The notes beneath the pieces were generated by a model that was not told the DNA's origin, did no database searches, and saw nothing but the letters and a program-made list of their open reading frames with translations. Source: a virus (taxonomy: Duplodnaviria > Caudoviricetes). Taken from it: a stretch of DNA of 64,000 bases. The position numbers and the translations under genes are program-made. The stretch spans positions 6,500-70,499 of the IMG/VR virus record IMGVR_UViG_3300026549_000074. One strand, 5' to 3'. Positions 30,863 through 40,920 of this stretch are shown piece by piece. Each line of letters opens with the position of its first letter. Positions within the stretch are counted from its first letter, which is position 1.

Positions 30863-31383
30863 TACTTCTCCTTGATAGTAGCATCCCTCATCTGCTTATC
30901 CTTCTTCATCTCCTCTAACTCCTCAGGAGTAATATCAGGAAGGTACTCAATAGAATAAGCAGGAAGAAGCCTAGGCTCATTGGATACCGGCTTGCCACGT
31001 CTTGCGGCATTAGCAGTATCAGGCATCTTTACAAACTTCTGGTTCTTAAGATAATCAACAACCCACTTCTCAAGAAATATAGGAGTATCAAACTGAATAG
31101 CCTTGCGAAGATGCATCTCCCTATTTCCAATCTCAAAGAACTTAGCTGGTACATCAGACTCCTTATCATTAAGGTTAGTAATCTGAACATGAAGCAGCTT
31201 CGTAAGCTCTTTCTTTTCATCCTTAGCTTTTGCTCTGGCATCAATAATACCCTTGGCAATCTTTGCCTTCTGGATCTTCTCCAGAAGAGTAGCCTCACCA
31301 ATATTAGGTGAATAAGTAATACCAAGATCATCAGCTTGTTTCTTAAGTTCGTTTAATGAGACTTCCATTATAAGTTTCCTCAT
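30862..31383 (-). CDS. N4 gp55-like protein
   Basis: LKKQADDLGITYSPNIGEATLLEKI (short HTH/Rho-N-like) and RLLPAYSIEYLPDITPEELEE; synteny. Confidence 0.7.
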   Translation of the reverse strand: MRKLIMEVSLNELKKQADDLGITYSPNIGEATLLEKIQKAKIAKGIIDARAKAKDEKKELTKLLHVQITNLNDKESDVPAKFFEIGNREMHLRKAIQFDTPIFLEKWVVDYLKNQKFVKMPDTANAARRGKPVSNEPRLLPAYSIEYLPDITPEELEEMKKDKQMRDATIKEK

Positions 31384-31387
31384 AAAA

Positions 31388-31407
31388 GGCTCCCAGAATT
31401 GGGAGCC
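31388..31407 (-). terminator. Terminator after major capsid gene
   Basis: GGCTCCCA-GAAT-TGGGAGCC, followed by TTTT on the minus strand. Confidence 0.7.
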
Positions 31408-31430
31408 AGGGTTAATAAATATCTAGTGGA

Positions 31431-32726
31431 TTATACCTTAGCAGTGGTATAGAGACATGCTAAACGCTCAGGTCTCTTAACCATTAAGCCATAACGCCAC
31501 TGAATAGACCAGAATCCAGTCTTACCATAAGGATCATGCCATGCATTAGCAGTATCAGATCCAGGCTTCTTTACAATGATGGTGAACTTAGAAGTCTTTC
31601 CATCAGACTGGAATCCAATAGTAGCAAAGGAATCATCACCAATAACTACCATAGGATATACATTGAACTTATCGTCAGTAGAAGCATATCCATCCTTAGC
31701 TGCTGCTCCCTTACCAGCATGGATAGGCATATAAGGATCCTCAATGATCCTGAACTCACCTATACGACCAATCTCACCATTAGCAAGGGTAGTCTGATCA
31801 CCATACTTCTCAGTAGGAATGAATGCAGGACGTCCCTGAAGATCCTTCATGGTCTCAAAGGTAATCCTTAATCCAGAAGGAACAATCATAGACCATCCAC
31901 CCTTGACAGTATTGGTATCAATATTTCTGGATCCAGTAAGAATCTTAGTCTGAGTAGGAACCCTATTATCACGAAGTCTCTGACCCAGTACAAGAAGATC
32001 CTTATAAGTGATCTCAGAAGTCTCATCCATAGTGTCAATGGAAGTAGCAGTACCACCATACTGAACTAATCCAGCAGAGCAGATGATATCAATAGCCATG
32101 AGTGCTTCCTGGATCTTATGAGCACCCTTAATAGCCTCATCTGTATAATGCTGATAAAGCTCAGGATCAGAGTCAAAGGTTAACTCATCATCAGTGAACT
32201 CAAAGAAGAATCCAAGCTCAGCAATAGTTCCCTCACGGATACCACGTGTAAAGCCTACACGGTTATACCTACCACCAGTTTCACCAATAGTAGGAAGAAC
32301 CTTCAGGATAGTAGAAATATCCTTACTGGATCCATAGAAGTTACCACTTCCATTCTCAATGACAGCACCAGTAGCATCAATACCCTGATCATTGATGTTT
32401 CTGTCATCAATAAGAGGGTAGTAGATATACTGCTTAATAGTCTTGCCAGTATGAGCAGCAAGATTCTCTACAGTAGCGAACTGGAGGAAATAAGTATCCT
32501 CCTTTGCTTCTATAAGTGCATGTCTTTGAAAGTAATAATCCTGTAACTGAGGAAGCATGCTTCCTGCAGAAGCTACAGTCTTACGATTAGGTTCATAACC
32601 AGAAATACCACCATCAACCTTTACAGACTCAGTATAAGGAGCATTCTGATAACCATCAGCGGTAGGGATGTAGGGGAACTTAGTTACACCACCATTACCA
32701 TATTGCATTCCAGTAAAATCACCCAT
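31431..32726 (-). CDS. Major capsid protein (N4 gp56-like)
   Basis: GKTIKQYIYYPLIDDRNINDQGIDATG, YGSSKDISTI...LPTIGETGGRYNRVGFTR, DPYGKTGFWSIQWRYG, RPERLA: N4-type MCP. Confidence 0.93.
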   Translation of the reverse strand: MGDFTGMQYGNGGVTKFPYIPTADGYQNAPYTESVKVDGGISGYEPNRKTVASAGSMLPQLQDYYFQRHALIEAKEDTYFLQFATVENLAAHTGKTIKQYIYYPLIDDRNINDQGIDATGAVIENGSGNFYGSSKDISTILKVLPTIGETGGRYNRVGFTRGIREGTIAELGFFFEFTDDELTFDSDPELYQHYTDEAIKGAHKIQEALMAIDIICSAGLVQYGGTATSIDTMDETSEITYKDLLVLGQRLRDNRVPTQTKILTGSRNIDTNTVKGGWSMIVPSGLRITFETMKDLQGRPAFIPTEKYGDQTTLANGEIGRIGEFRIIEDPYMPIHAGKGAAAKDGYASTDDKFNVYPMVVIGDDSFATIGFQSDGKTSKFTIIVKKPGSDTANAWHDPYGKTGFWSIQWRYGLMVKRPERLACLYTTAKV

Positions 32727-32731
32727 TTTGA

Positions 32732-33778
32732 TTACCTAAATAATTTATTAATATCAAGCTTCGAGAACTCTTCATCTGACATAGATAATGGATCAAACTG
32801 TTGCTGTACAGGTGAAGATCCTCTTGTAGGTCTTGCAGCACTCTTTCTCTGCTGCTGGTAAGCTGCCTGAGCCTGCTGTTGCTGTTGATTCTGTAACTGT
32901 TGCTGTTGATTCTGTATAATGGACTTCTGCATATTACTGTAAATATCATTACCTACAGCCATATAAGCATCATACCAACCCATATTCTCAATGGATTTAT
33001 CACCTACTAACTTACGATGTTCAATTTCATCGGTAACAGCTTTGTAGAATCCATTTTTAATTTGGTCTTGGATTGCTTTGAAATATTCAGGATGTTCCAT
33101 GAACGTCTTAGCACTAGATTGATCTAAAGATTGAATAAGCTTAGTTATCTCTTCAGATTCCGGACTGTCTTGAATCTCTTTCAATGTAGTTTCAAGATCA
33201 TATTCTTGATCTGTCATTGAATGATTATTAGGCTTGTAATCAGATGGAATAGGGTTTCCATTCTCATCAATATTAGATCCAGTATCAAGAGTAGATAAGT
33301 CTATTTTCTTGGTTTCAATTAAATGCTTAAGAGCCTTGGGGTCTCCATTATAAAGATCTATAGCAAAGTTAAGGTTATCACCTAACATGCCAGCATTCTC
33401 TAATGCACGCATTTCCTTGAGACGAGGTTTCAAAGCTTGCTGTTTCTTAGTATAATCAACACCCTTCTGCATCAGGGATATAACCTCATCTGTATTACGC
33501 AGATGAACTTCATGTCCTGAAGCCTGGAATGGCTGCATGATTTTGTTATACTCAGCCTCATAATCAATAGCTCCTGGTTGCTCACCAACCTCGGAAGGTG
33601 CAGGTGGAACTGGTTGATTATTATCTGAAGGAGTAGCAACTCCTGAATTAGGATTATCTTGTAATCCACTAAGATAGCCTTCCTGTATAGCATTCAGTAC
33701 TTCTTCAGTTGGTCTGGATGCTGCTGCAGATATTTGGTCATCAGTTAAATTGTTTTGAAACGCAGTGAGATCACTCAT
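32732..33778 (-). CDS. Scaffold / 'tape measure'-annotated protein (N4 gp57-like)
   Basis: IMQPFQASGHEVHLRNTDEVISLMQKGVDYTKKQQALKP; located between portal and MCP. Confidence 0.8.
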   Translation of the reverse strand: MSDLTAFQNNLTDDQISAAASRPTEEVLNAIQEGYLSGLQDNPNSGVATPSDNNQPVPPAPSEVGEQPGAIDYEAEYNKIMQPFQASGHEVHLRNTDEVISLMQKGVDYTKKQQALKPRLKEMRALENAGMLGDNLNFAIDLYNGDPKALKHLIETKKIDLSTLDTGSNIDENGNPIPSDYKPNNHSMTDQEYDLETTLKEIQDSPESEEITKLIQSLDQSSAKTFMEHPEYFKAIQDQIKNGFYKAVTDEIEHRKLVGDKSIENMGWYDAYMAVGNDIYSNMQKSIIQNQQQQLQNQQQQQAQAAYQQQRKSAARPTRGSSPVQQQFDPLSMSDEEFSKLDINKLFR

Positions 33779-34041
33779 ATCTCTTCCTCATTCCTTATTT
33801 GTGAGTAGGCTTGTTCTGATTTCTCTCTGATGGAATCCAAGTATTGCTTGAATACACTAATACCAATGAGAGCATTATTTACATACTCCTTGTTGGCTAT
33901 TGGTGATGAATACTTGTAACTCATTTCCAGAGCGAAATCATGTAAAAATCCATCTAAGATTAATTCTTTGAAGTCTTTGTTCTTAAGAAGTCTTGTAAGC
34001 TTCTCACCATCTCTGGCTTGATTAAGAGTACTTTTAACCAT
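33775..34041 (-). CDS. N4 gp58-like small protein
   Basis: LTRLLKNKDFKELILDGF motif; synteny. Confidence 0.75.
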   Translation of the reverse strand: MVKSTLNQARDGEKLTRLLKNKDFKELILDGFLHDFALEMSYKYSSPIANKEYVNNALIGISVFKQYLDSIREKSEQAYSQIRNEEEI

Positions 34042-36364
34042 TCTTCCTCTCCTTAGCCTTCAAAGCTTCAATCGCATACTTCATAGCTAATTCCTGCTGA
34101 CTCTTCTCAGCTTGAGCCTTAGCCTGAGCACCTTGCTTCTCCATATCCTCTCTATGGGTCTGACCTGTGGACTTCTGAATATAGTCAAGATCCATCTTCC
34201 TAGCCTGAGACTCCATATACTTGGATTTAGCTTGTGCCTGCATGAAATTAGACTGCATCTCAAGCTGTTTAGCCTGAGGAGCAAGCTGAGCATCAACCAT
34301 AGTACTCTGAGCTTCAGCCATAGATTTCTGAGCATCTGCCTGAGCTTTCTGAGCCTGTGCTTCTGCTAATGCAGCCTGAGCTTCAGCTAACTTAATCTGA
34401 GCTTCCTGTAATCTCTGCTGATTAGGATCTGGCTCTGGCTTGAAGTTCTTAATCCTATACTCCATATCAGGCATCTTCTTAAGTCTGCACCACTCAGCTA
34501 TAAGTAATTGAACCATAGGCTGAGGTACAGTATTACCAAGAGTCTGCATCATGAAAGCAATAGTATCTGCTTTATCATTATCCTGCTCAGTACTAGATAT
34601 GTCTATCTTAAGATCAAAGTCTCCCCTGAGATCATCTTTCCTAACCTTAATAAACTCAGAGTTAGTAATACGGATAGCTTCCTCATCATTGAGCCAGAGA
34701 GCATTCATAGCCATTATCTTTCTGGCTACTTCTTCCATACCCTTAGCTAATCTTCTAAGGATACCCATTTCTCTCTTGGATGCTGCATCTAATGCTCCAC
34801 GTACTTCTGTAGCAGTCTGACCAAGAGAAGTCTGAGTACTTTGGAATGCTCTAACACCAGTAAGTGACTCAGCTTCTTGTTGCATATTCTGAATCATTAA
34901 GAAAGCTGATTGAGGTATCTCAGGATATACATGCTGGAATATTCCATTCTGAGGAGGCATAGCAGGATTAAACTGATAATCCAATCCTTTCTCAAATCTC
35001 TTCCTGTTTACTGAATCAAGCATACCAGCTGCTACACCAGTCTGTGAGTTAGCTGATTTACCTAATAGATCTATCATACCTCTGGTTACTGCACCAATAA
35101 TAGCTTGGTTATCACCTAATAAAGCACCATCTGGTTCACCCCAGACAGAATTCTTAACAGGAAGATAAGGAACAATAACAAAAGGAGGTTTATGATCAGG
35201 GAAAGGATTTAACTCACACCTAATCATAGTAGAACCAACAAAAGTAGCTACTATTGCTGTTTTAGTACCATCTCCATTAATATCCCAATTACCCCAGTAC
35301 TCATATGCTGTAATTCTCTTTCTTGCAGGATCTCTGAAATTATCAGCATACATGTAATATCTGTCATCCCATGCTGGAGTCTCATCCTGTATTTGATCCA
35401 GATTAGTATAGATACCAGCTTTAATAAGATCTGCTTTACAGGTATCAAAAACATAAATCATATATTCTGCTTTTGATACATCTCCCATACAGCCAGGATC
35501 TACCATTAAGTCTCTGTAATCCAATACTTCTACATCAGGCTTATTAACTTCCTTAGTTATCCATTTATTAGATCTCTTTACAGGTACTGGCTTATACATA
35601 GCAGGTTGTACCTGAGACATAGCCTGTTCCATAATCTGTTGCTGCATCTGCTGTAATTGCTCAGGATCTACTTCCTGACCAGATTGCTGTATCTGTTGCA
35701 TCTGGAAATTAATTAATTCCTGAGCCTGTTGCTGAGCTTCCTGCTGTCTCTTCTGGGTCTCTTCCTGAGATACCTGTAATGCATCTAACCATTGAGTAGG
35801 TACTGACTCACTGTCTACATCATCTTGGGCTAATGCTTGAATCTGATTGAATTTCTTTACTTCTAATGGATCTGTGATTGGTTCTATGGTGTACTGGATA
35901 TCAGGTGATTCTACTTGTTCTTTATATGAATCCCAACCTACTCTTAATACTGCTGTACCTTCATTTACTGCACATCTGATATAAGTATCAATTAAATGGA
36001 CTTTATCCAACTCTTCATTAAATTGATAATTAAGTATTACCTGATTTTGTTTAGCAGCATAACCATCTTCATAAGATCTGGGTGATATATGAATCATATC
36101 TGAATCAGATAAGAATGGCTCAGATAAAGCAGCATATCTCCATTCAGCCTGTTTTCGTATTAACTTAGGCTGAACAGCTGAATGAGTAGGTGATTTCTCT
36201 ACAGGTGATGGAGCAGCTAATGCATTAAGAAAAGACTCTACCTGAGACCTATGTTCAGCATAGGATGCACTAGCCCTAACATAATCTTCTTTGAGATCAT
36301 CTACTGTTGGCTCATTTTTCCAGTTAGTTAGCTTCTTTACTTGATTCAGCATAGTAAAATCCAA
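34034..36364 (-). CDS. Portal protein (N4 gp59-like)
   Basis: LTNWKNEPTVDDLKED, VQPKLIRKQAEWRYAALSEPFL, PPFVIVPYLPVKNSVWGEPDG. Start is TTG 36364 or ATG 36352. Confidence 0.93.
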   Translation of the reverse strand: MDFTMLNQVKKLTNWKNEPTVDDLKEDYVRASASYAEHRSQVESFLNALAAPSPVEKSPTHSAVQPKLIRKQAEWRYAALSEPFLSDSDMIHISPRSYEDGYAAKQNQVILNYQFNEELDKVHLIDTYIRCAVNEGTAVLRVGWDSYKEQVESPDIQYTIEPITDPLEVKKFNQIQALAQDDVDSESVPTQWLDALQVSQEETQKRQQEAQQQAQELINFQMQQIQQSGQEVDPEQLQQMQQQIMEQAMSQVQPAMYKPVPVKRSNKWITKEVNKPDVEVLDYRDLMVDPGCMGDVSKAEYMIYVFDTCKADLIKAGIYTNLDQIQDETPAWDDRYYMYADNFRDPARKRITAYEYWGNWDINGDGTKTAIVATFVGSTMIRCELNPFPDHKPPFVIVPYLPVKNSVWGEPDGALLGDNQAIIGAVTRGMIDLLGKSANSQTGVAAGMLDSVNRKRFEKGLDYQFNPAMPPQNGIFQHVYPEIPQSAFLMIQNMQQEAESLTGVRAFQSTQTSLGQTATEVRGALDAASKREMGILRRLAKGMEEVARKIMAMNALWLNDEEAIRITNSEFIKVRKDDLRGDFDLKIDISSTEQDNDKADTIAFMMQTLGNTVPQPMVQLLIAEWCRLKKMPDMEYRIKNFKPEPDPNQQRLQEAQIKLAEAQAALAEAQAQKAQADAQKSMAEAQSTMVDAQLAPQAKQLEMQSNFMQAQAKSKYMESQARKMDLDYIQKSTGQTHREDMEKQGAQAKAQAEKSQQELAMKYAIEALKAKERKNG

Positions 36365-36422
36365 TATAATCTTATGGTGTGTTATTTAACACATAATGTT
36401 AGGACAAGTCAAGAGTGAGTTT

Positions 36423-36863
36423 ATGGATATAGTTCTTTTAGATCAGTCTATTAAAGCACCTGAGTATAAAACTGATGGAGCAGCTGGGTTAGATATATAT
36501 CTCCCAAGAGATATTACTATTATTATAGGTGTTCCTTTAGAAGTTAACTTAGGTTTTAAGGCAGCTGTACCTGAAGGATATGCCTGCTTATTAGTACCCA
36601 GATCTAGTACTGGTACTAAGAAAGGTCTCTATCTCAGGAATACCTTAGGTGTTATTGATTCAGATTATCGTGGAGAATGGATGGCTAAATTCTGCATAGA
36701 TGAGAATGAAGGTAACATATTTGGTGATGAACTTAAATTCAAGAAAGGAGACAGACTTATTCAAGGGTTACTTGTTCCTGTTCTTCATGATGAAATAAGG
36801 ATAGTAACCAAGTTACCTGAAACCAAGAGAGGAGATGGTGGATTTGGTTCAACAGGTAAATGA
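36423..36863 (+). CDS. dut: Trimeric dUTPase
   Basis: YKTDGAAGLD, PRSSTG, GVIDSDYRGE, GDRLIQG, RGDGGFGSTG (motifs 1-5). Probable start ATG 36423. Confidence 0.95.
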   Translation: MDIVLLDQSIKAPEYKTDGAAGLDIYLPRDITIIIGVPLEVNLGFKAAVPEGYACLLVPRSSTGTKKGLYLRNTLGVIDSDYRGEWMAKFCIDENEGNIFGDELKFKKGDRLIQGLLVPVLHDEIRIVTKLPETKRGDGGFGSTGK

Positions 36864-37267
36864 AAGCAAAGAAAGTTACTCTGGATGGCAGAACCTTTAA
36901 TTCTATAAAACAAGCCCTTGCATACTATAACATTCCTTACAGTCTTTATATTTCCAGAAGACACAAGGGCTATTCTCTGGAAGAAGCTATTAAGTTCCCT
37001 AAGAAGGAAAAGATTAAGCTAGATCTATCTGAAGATGATTTTATTCATAAGATGTCTGTACAATTCTCAGTAGACGAAGGATATGTGTGGAATATAATGC
37101 ATATTAAACATGTACCCAGAGGATTAGTAGAGCAGTATCTTATTGTGGATAGAAGACTTACTAATTATAAAGATCAATTAAAAGATCTTAAAAATAAGTA
37201 TGAAGAAACCCAAGAGAAATATTATTCTACTAAATCTTTGTTATTCTCATTTGTTAAGGATAAATAA
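36860..37267 (+). CDS. Hypothetical DNA-binding protein (NUMOD/HNH-associated HTH-like N-terminus)
   Basis: VTLDGRTFNSIKQALAYYNI...RRHKGYSLEEAI pattern. Confidence 0.5.
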   Translation: MKAKKVTLDGRTFNSIKQALAYYNIPYSLYISRRHKGYSLEEAIKFPKKEKIKLDLSEDDFIHKMSVQFSVDEGYVWNIMHIKHVPRGLVEQYLIVDRRLTNYKDQLKDLKNKYEETQEKYYSTKSLLFSFVKDK

Positions 37268-37269
37268 CT

Positions 37270-39042
37270 ATGGATAATTCTCTCTATCTTGTATTTGTAG
37301 AGTTCAATCCAGCTAAAGAACTTAAATACAAGCAGAATGATATTGATAACTATAATACATGGTTATATCTCAGATGTATTAAACATAAACCAAAGATAGC
37401 ACCTGAGAATACTGTAGCTGTTGGATTCGCCAGTTATGACTGGTTATTTAACAAAGGTAAGATGCTTGGTATTACTATAGATGGTAAGCTTAAGATGGTA
37501 GATCTTACCTATCGTAATTATAAGATAAAACCTAGATATAAGATTACTGATGGAATAACCAAGAGATCTTATCTTACTGAGGATTTTGATGTTTATGCCG
37601 ATAATGGTAATCATAAATTTACTTATTATGAGTTACACTTCATGGATCTTAAAAGAGTAACTCAATATTGGAATAATATCAAATCTAATCCTAAGAAGAT
37701 ACCTAGATCAAATCTAGAGATTGAACTTAATCTCTGCCATCCTAACCCAATGCCATATGCTTATAATGATCTTATAGATAGTAAAGGACCTAAATGGGCT
37801 AGTCCTTATAAGAATCTTATAGATATTAAAGGAGCTGAATGGGCTGGTTACTTAGCAGACTTTCCTATAAAGTATTGTAAAGATTATGATACGTTAGTAA
37901 CTATGGCTTTAGCCAAAAATGAATTATATTTGAATCCAGATAAAGGAGAACCTTCTATGGCAGATGGTAATGATGTTAGTGTACAACCTGGTAATGGTAG
38001 AATTTCCCTTCGGGTTAATGGAGAGATTCGAGGTGAATTTAGTGTAGATCAATATTGGGATGATACAATAGATTTAGGTCGTTACAGTACAACTGAACCA
38101 AGTAACTGTACTATTACTATTAAGTCTAATGGTAAGTATCTTGGTTCTTTTAATCTGAACCAAGATAATGATTCTGTTATTGATATAGGAGATTCCTCAC
38201 AGTCTGTAGTAGATCTTGCTAAGGCTTTATTTAAGGTTAATGGTAATACTATTGGATCTATAGATTTTAATAAACAAACAGAATATCAGACTGTTAATCT
38301 TGATAGCCTTAAGGCTCATGACAGTACTGTTAAGATTAACTATGAGGATACCAATCTTGGATCATTTACTACAGATCAATCCAATGATTCTACTATTGAT
38401 ATAAGTGGTATTAATAATTTAATTACTAAACCTAATGATAATACTGTAACTATTAAAGCTAATGGATCTGATGTTGGTAGTTTTACTTTGAACCAGAATA
38501 AAGATACTACTATAGACTTTGGTAATCTTAAACCTAGTGATTCCAAGATATCATTCAGTCTTAATGGTAATGAGATAGGATCTATTACTCTTAATCAGAC
38601 TAATGGATCTAGTATTGCATTCAATGGATTAGCTACTACTAATTCTGTAGATACTAAGCTTAAGACTATATCTACTATTAAAGCTTATTATTCTGAAGTA
38701 CCAGAAGTAACTACTATTGTTACCAAGAATACTGATTCTGAAGGTACTGTTACTTATGATGACTATATTGCCCCTAAACCAGAAGGATTAGTATTAGGTA
38801 AAGATCTGTATAGAACTGTCAATGTGGTTAAGAGTGCTGGTACTGGTAATAACGTAGCTATCTATACTATTAGATATTCTGATCCATTATCATACAATGA
38901 TACTGATCAATATCAGTGTGTTAATCCTTCTATAGTAGCTACAACTACTGATGATACTGGATCTAATATTAATGGTACAGCAGGATCATTCAAAGAAGTA
39001 ATAATTAATACTATTGATAATACTTCATTCAATGTACAGTAA
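37270..39042 (+). CDS. Tail fibre/shaft-like protein with ~38-aa beta repeats
   Basis: Five to six copies of I-x-(L/I)-x-x-NG-x-x-x-G-S-F-x-L-x-Q-x-x-D-x-x-I-D in the central part. Confidence 0.55.
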   Translation: MDNSLYLVFVEFNPAKELKYKQNDIDNYNTWLYLRCIKHKPKIAPENTVAVGFASYDWLFNKGKMLGITIDGKLKMVDLTYRNYKIKPRYKITDGITKRSYLTEDFDVYADNGNHKFTYYELHFMDLKRVTQYWNNIKSNPKKIPRSNLEIELNLCHPNPMPYAYNDLIDSKGPKWASPYKNLIDIKGAEWAGYLADFPIKYCKDYDTLVTMALAKNELYLNPDKGEPSMADGNDVSVQPGNGRISLRVNGEIRGEFSVDQYWDDTIDLGRYSTTEPSNCTITIKSNGKYLGSFNLNQDNDSVIDIGDSSQSVVDLAKALFKVNGNTIGSIDFNKQTEYQTVNLDSLKAHDSTVKINYEDTNLGSFTTDQSNDSTIDISGINNLITKPNDNTVTIKANGSDVGSFTLNQNKDTTIDFGNLKPSDSKISFSLNGNEIGSITLNQTNGSSIAFNGLATTNSVDTKLKTISTIKAYYSEVPEVTTIVTKNTDSEGTVTYDDYIAPKPEGLVLGKDLYRTVNVVKSAGTGNNVAIYTIRYSDPLSYNDTDQYQCVNPSIVATTTDDTGSNINGTAGSFKEVIINTIDNTSFNVQ

Positions 39043-39052
39043 GGAATAAATC

Positions 39053-39403
39053 ATGACTGAGATAAAGATTAAGAGATGTGCTGATAAAGAAAATCTCAAG
39101 AAATTAGTGAGGTATATCAAAGCTACATTTGCTAATAAGAGTGAGATTAACGAGGAGTTCTACACTAAAGAGCAGATAGACACCAAGCTTGAGTCAGTCT
39201 CAGGTGGTACAGGTGGTGGTGGTACTGGTGGTACAGGTGGTGACTATTATACAAAAAGTGAGATTGATACAAAGTTAAACTCAAAGGCAAATACCAGTGA
39301 TTTAAGTAATTATTACACTAAGTCAGAGGTAGATAATTTACTGAGTTATATTAGTGTTTATTCTATTACTAAAGAAGAAATTGAGGAGATTTGTGTATTA
39401 TGA
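39053..39403 (+). CDS. Small tail-fibre-associated protein
   Basis: YTK(E/S)(Q/E)(I/V)D motif three times, GGTGG linker. Confidence 0.55.
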   Translation: MTEIKIKRCADKENLKKLVRYIKATFANKSEINEEFYTKEQIDTKLESVSGGTGGGGTGGTGGDYYTKSEIDTKLNSKANTSDLSNYYTKSEVDNLLSYISVYSITKEEIEEICVL

Positions 39404-40209
39404 GTGATGTATATTTTAAGGCAAGTTTACAAAATACTCTTAATCCAGAAGTGGGTACATTCGATAATGTAGATAATAAAGAGGGTACATTTACATTAGA
39501 AGATGACGAGTATTATCTTACTAATAATACAGGTACTTCTTATAGAGTATATTACCCTACAAAGACTATATATTCTGTTGGATTTACTACAGTAGAGTTT
39601 GATATTAATTACCGCACTAATGGTAGTTCTCTAAATAATTGGTGCTTATTATTTAATAGTGATGATTCTGCTTGGCATGGTTTTGGCGTAGCTGATTCAA
39701 CTTTACATTTTTTAGGTAATGGATTTAATTATGAGATAGTAACATCTCCTTCTACTTGGCTACATATTAAATGTATTTTTGATTATAATCCTGATCAGAG
39801 TATTGTTCATATATATATTGATAATGTTGAAGTTAATAATTTTACTATAAGTAAAAACTACAATATTAAATATATTGATATATTAGGAAATAGTGTAGGT
39901 TGGGTAGCTAACGCTAAAATTAAAAATATTACTATATCTAACAGTAAAAAACATTATCTAGATACCGTCGGCTTCACCTCTCTCTGGTCAAAAATTAAAT
40001 CCCTTTTTGCGACTAAAACAGAGTTGGCTAGTAAGGCAAATATTAGTGATTTGAGTAATTATTACACCAAAGAGCAAATAGACATTATGCTCAAGAAAGC
40101 GGGAAGTGATATTCAGGAGCCTGATAATCCTCCTGAGAATCCTGAGAATCCTGAAACCACCGGGGAGCCTGAGGAGAACAAGGAGCCTGATAAGACTGAG
40201 AATCCATAA
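39400..40209 (+). CDS. Putative receptor-binding protein with ConA/LamG-like domain
   Basis: Beta-rich core (WLHIKCIFDY...VHIYIDNVEV), then YLDTVGFTSLWSKIK and LSNYYTKEQID, and an acidic PEN tail. Confidence 0.5.
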   Translation: MSDVYFKASLQNTLNPEVGTFDNVDNKEGTFTLEDDEYYLTNNTGTSYRVYYPTKTIYSVGFTTVEFDINYRTNGSSLNNWCLLFNSDDSAWHGFGVADSTLHFLGNGFNYEIVTSPSTWLHIKCIFDYNPDQSIVHIYIDNVEVNNFTISKNYNIKYIDILGNSVGWVANAKIKNITISNSKKHYLDTVGFTSLWSKIKSLFATKTELASKANISDLSNYYTKEQIDIMLKKAGSDIQEPDNPPENPENPETTGEPEENKEPDKTENP

Positions 40210-40240
40210 TTATTGTTGGGATAGATCTATAAATATAAGA

Positions 40241-40264
40241 AAGCCCTAGTAAATACTAGGGCTT
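40241..40264. terminator. Bidirectional terminator
   Basis: AAGCCCTAGT-AAAT-ACTAGGGCTT between convergent genes. Confidence 0.8.
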
Positions 40265-40270
40265 ATTTAA

Positions 40271-40690
40271 TTAACTAGCTGCTAATACTTCAGCCATATC
40301 TTCCTCAGTCAATGGACTAATACCAAGTACAGTAAGAACACTGATTATCTTATCCAACTTAGCTGTCATTAATTGCTGAGTATCATCAAACCCTTTCTGA
40401 ACCAGATCATTAAGCTCGTCCTGTCTTATAATGATAGGCTTATCATATAATTCAGTAAGATCTTTAATAGATCTAGCATTAGATATTACAGAAAGATTAC
40501 CATTAGGAACAATGCCCTTATTAGCATAAGCCCTGAATGTATCTCTGTTATAGTTAGATATTGCTCCAGATCCCTTAAGAGAATCTAACTCATCAAGGAA
40601 CTTCTCTTTATCATCAGCAGTCTGATATGCTTCAAGTAATTGCTTACCAATATCATATCCATCTGCAATATTATTAACATCTATACTCAT
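40271..40690 (-). CDS. Hypothetical protein (139 aa)
   Basis: GGAG RBS, open frame in the late operon. Confidence 0.65.
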   Translation of the reverse strand: MSIDVNNIADGYDIGKQLLEAYQTADDKEKFLDELDSLKGSGAISNYNRDTFRAYANKGIVPNGNLSVISNARSIKDLTELYDKPIIIRQDELNDLVQKGFDDTQQLMTAKLDKIISVLTVLGISPLTEEDMAEVLAAS

Positions 40691-40693
40691 AGA

Positions 40694-40918
40694 TTATCTC
40701 CGTACCATTTGACCTGTCATAGGATCGTATGTTCTAGTGTAATCAAATCCTTCACCCATAGGAACATTATTACCATATGCTGCTTGTACAGGTTGTACAC
40801 CTGATGTTCTCATCATAGTAGCAGGACTAACTACACCACCTTTAGCTACTCCAGCTGATGCATATGTATTACCACCAGATCTACTTAAATTACCTTGGTT
40901 TCTTTGTCTTCTTTCCAT
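40694..40918 (-). CDS. Hypothetical protein (74 aa)
   Basis: GAGG RBS, tightly packed between neighbours. Confidence 0.6.
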   Translation of the reverse strand: MERRQRNQGNLSRSGGNTYASAGVAKGGVVSPATMMRTSGVQPVQAAYGNNVPMGEGFDYTRTYDPMTGQMVRR

Positions 40919-40920
40919 AA

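Noticed and set aside
4359-35454. Many short ORFs opposite or out-of-frame to vRNAP, structural and portal genes (e.g. 4359-4628, 11811-12026, 31536-31871, 34551-34820)
   Set aside because: Shadow ORFs inside long, motif-supported genes; no RBS or recognisable motifs.
36423-36432. ATGGATATAG at the dUTPase start
   Set aside because: An isolated copy with no upstream ORF ending in W-I-stop; probably coincidental.
37270-40209. Diversity-generating retroelement or invertase acting on tail genes
   Set aside because: No reverse transcriptase, recombinase, template/variable repeat pair or inverted crossover sites seen in the window.
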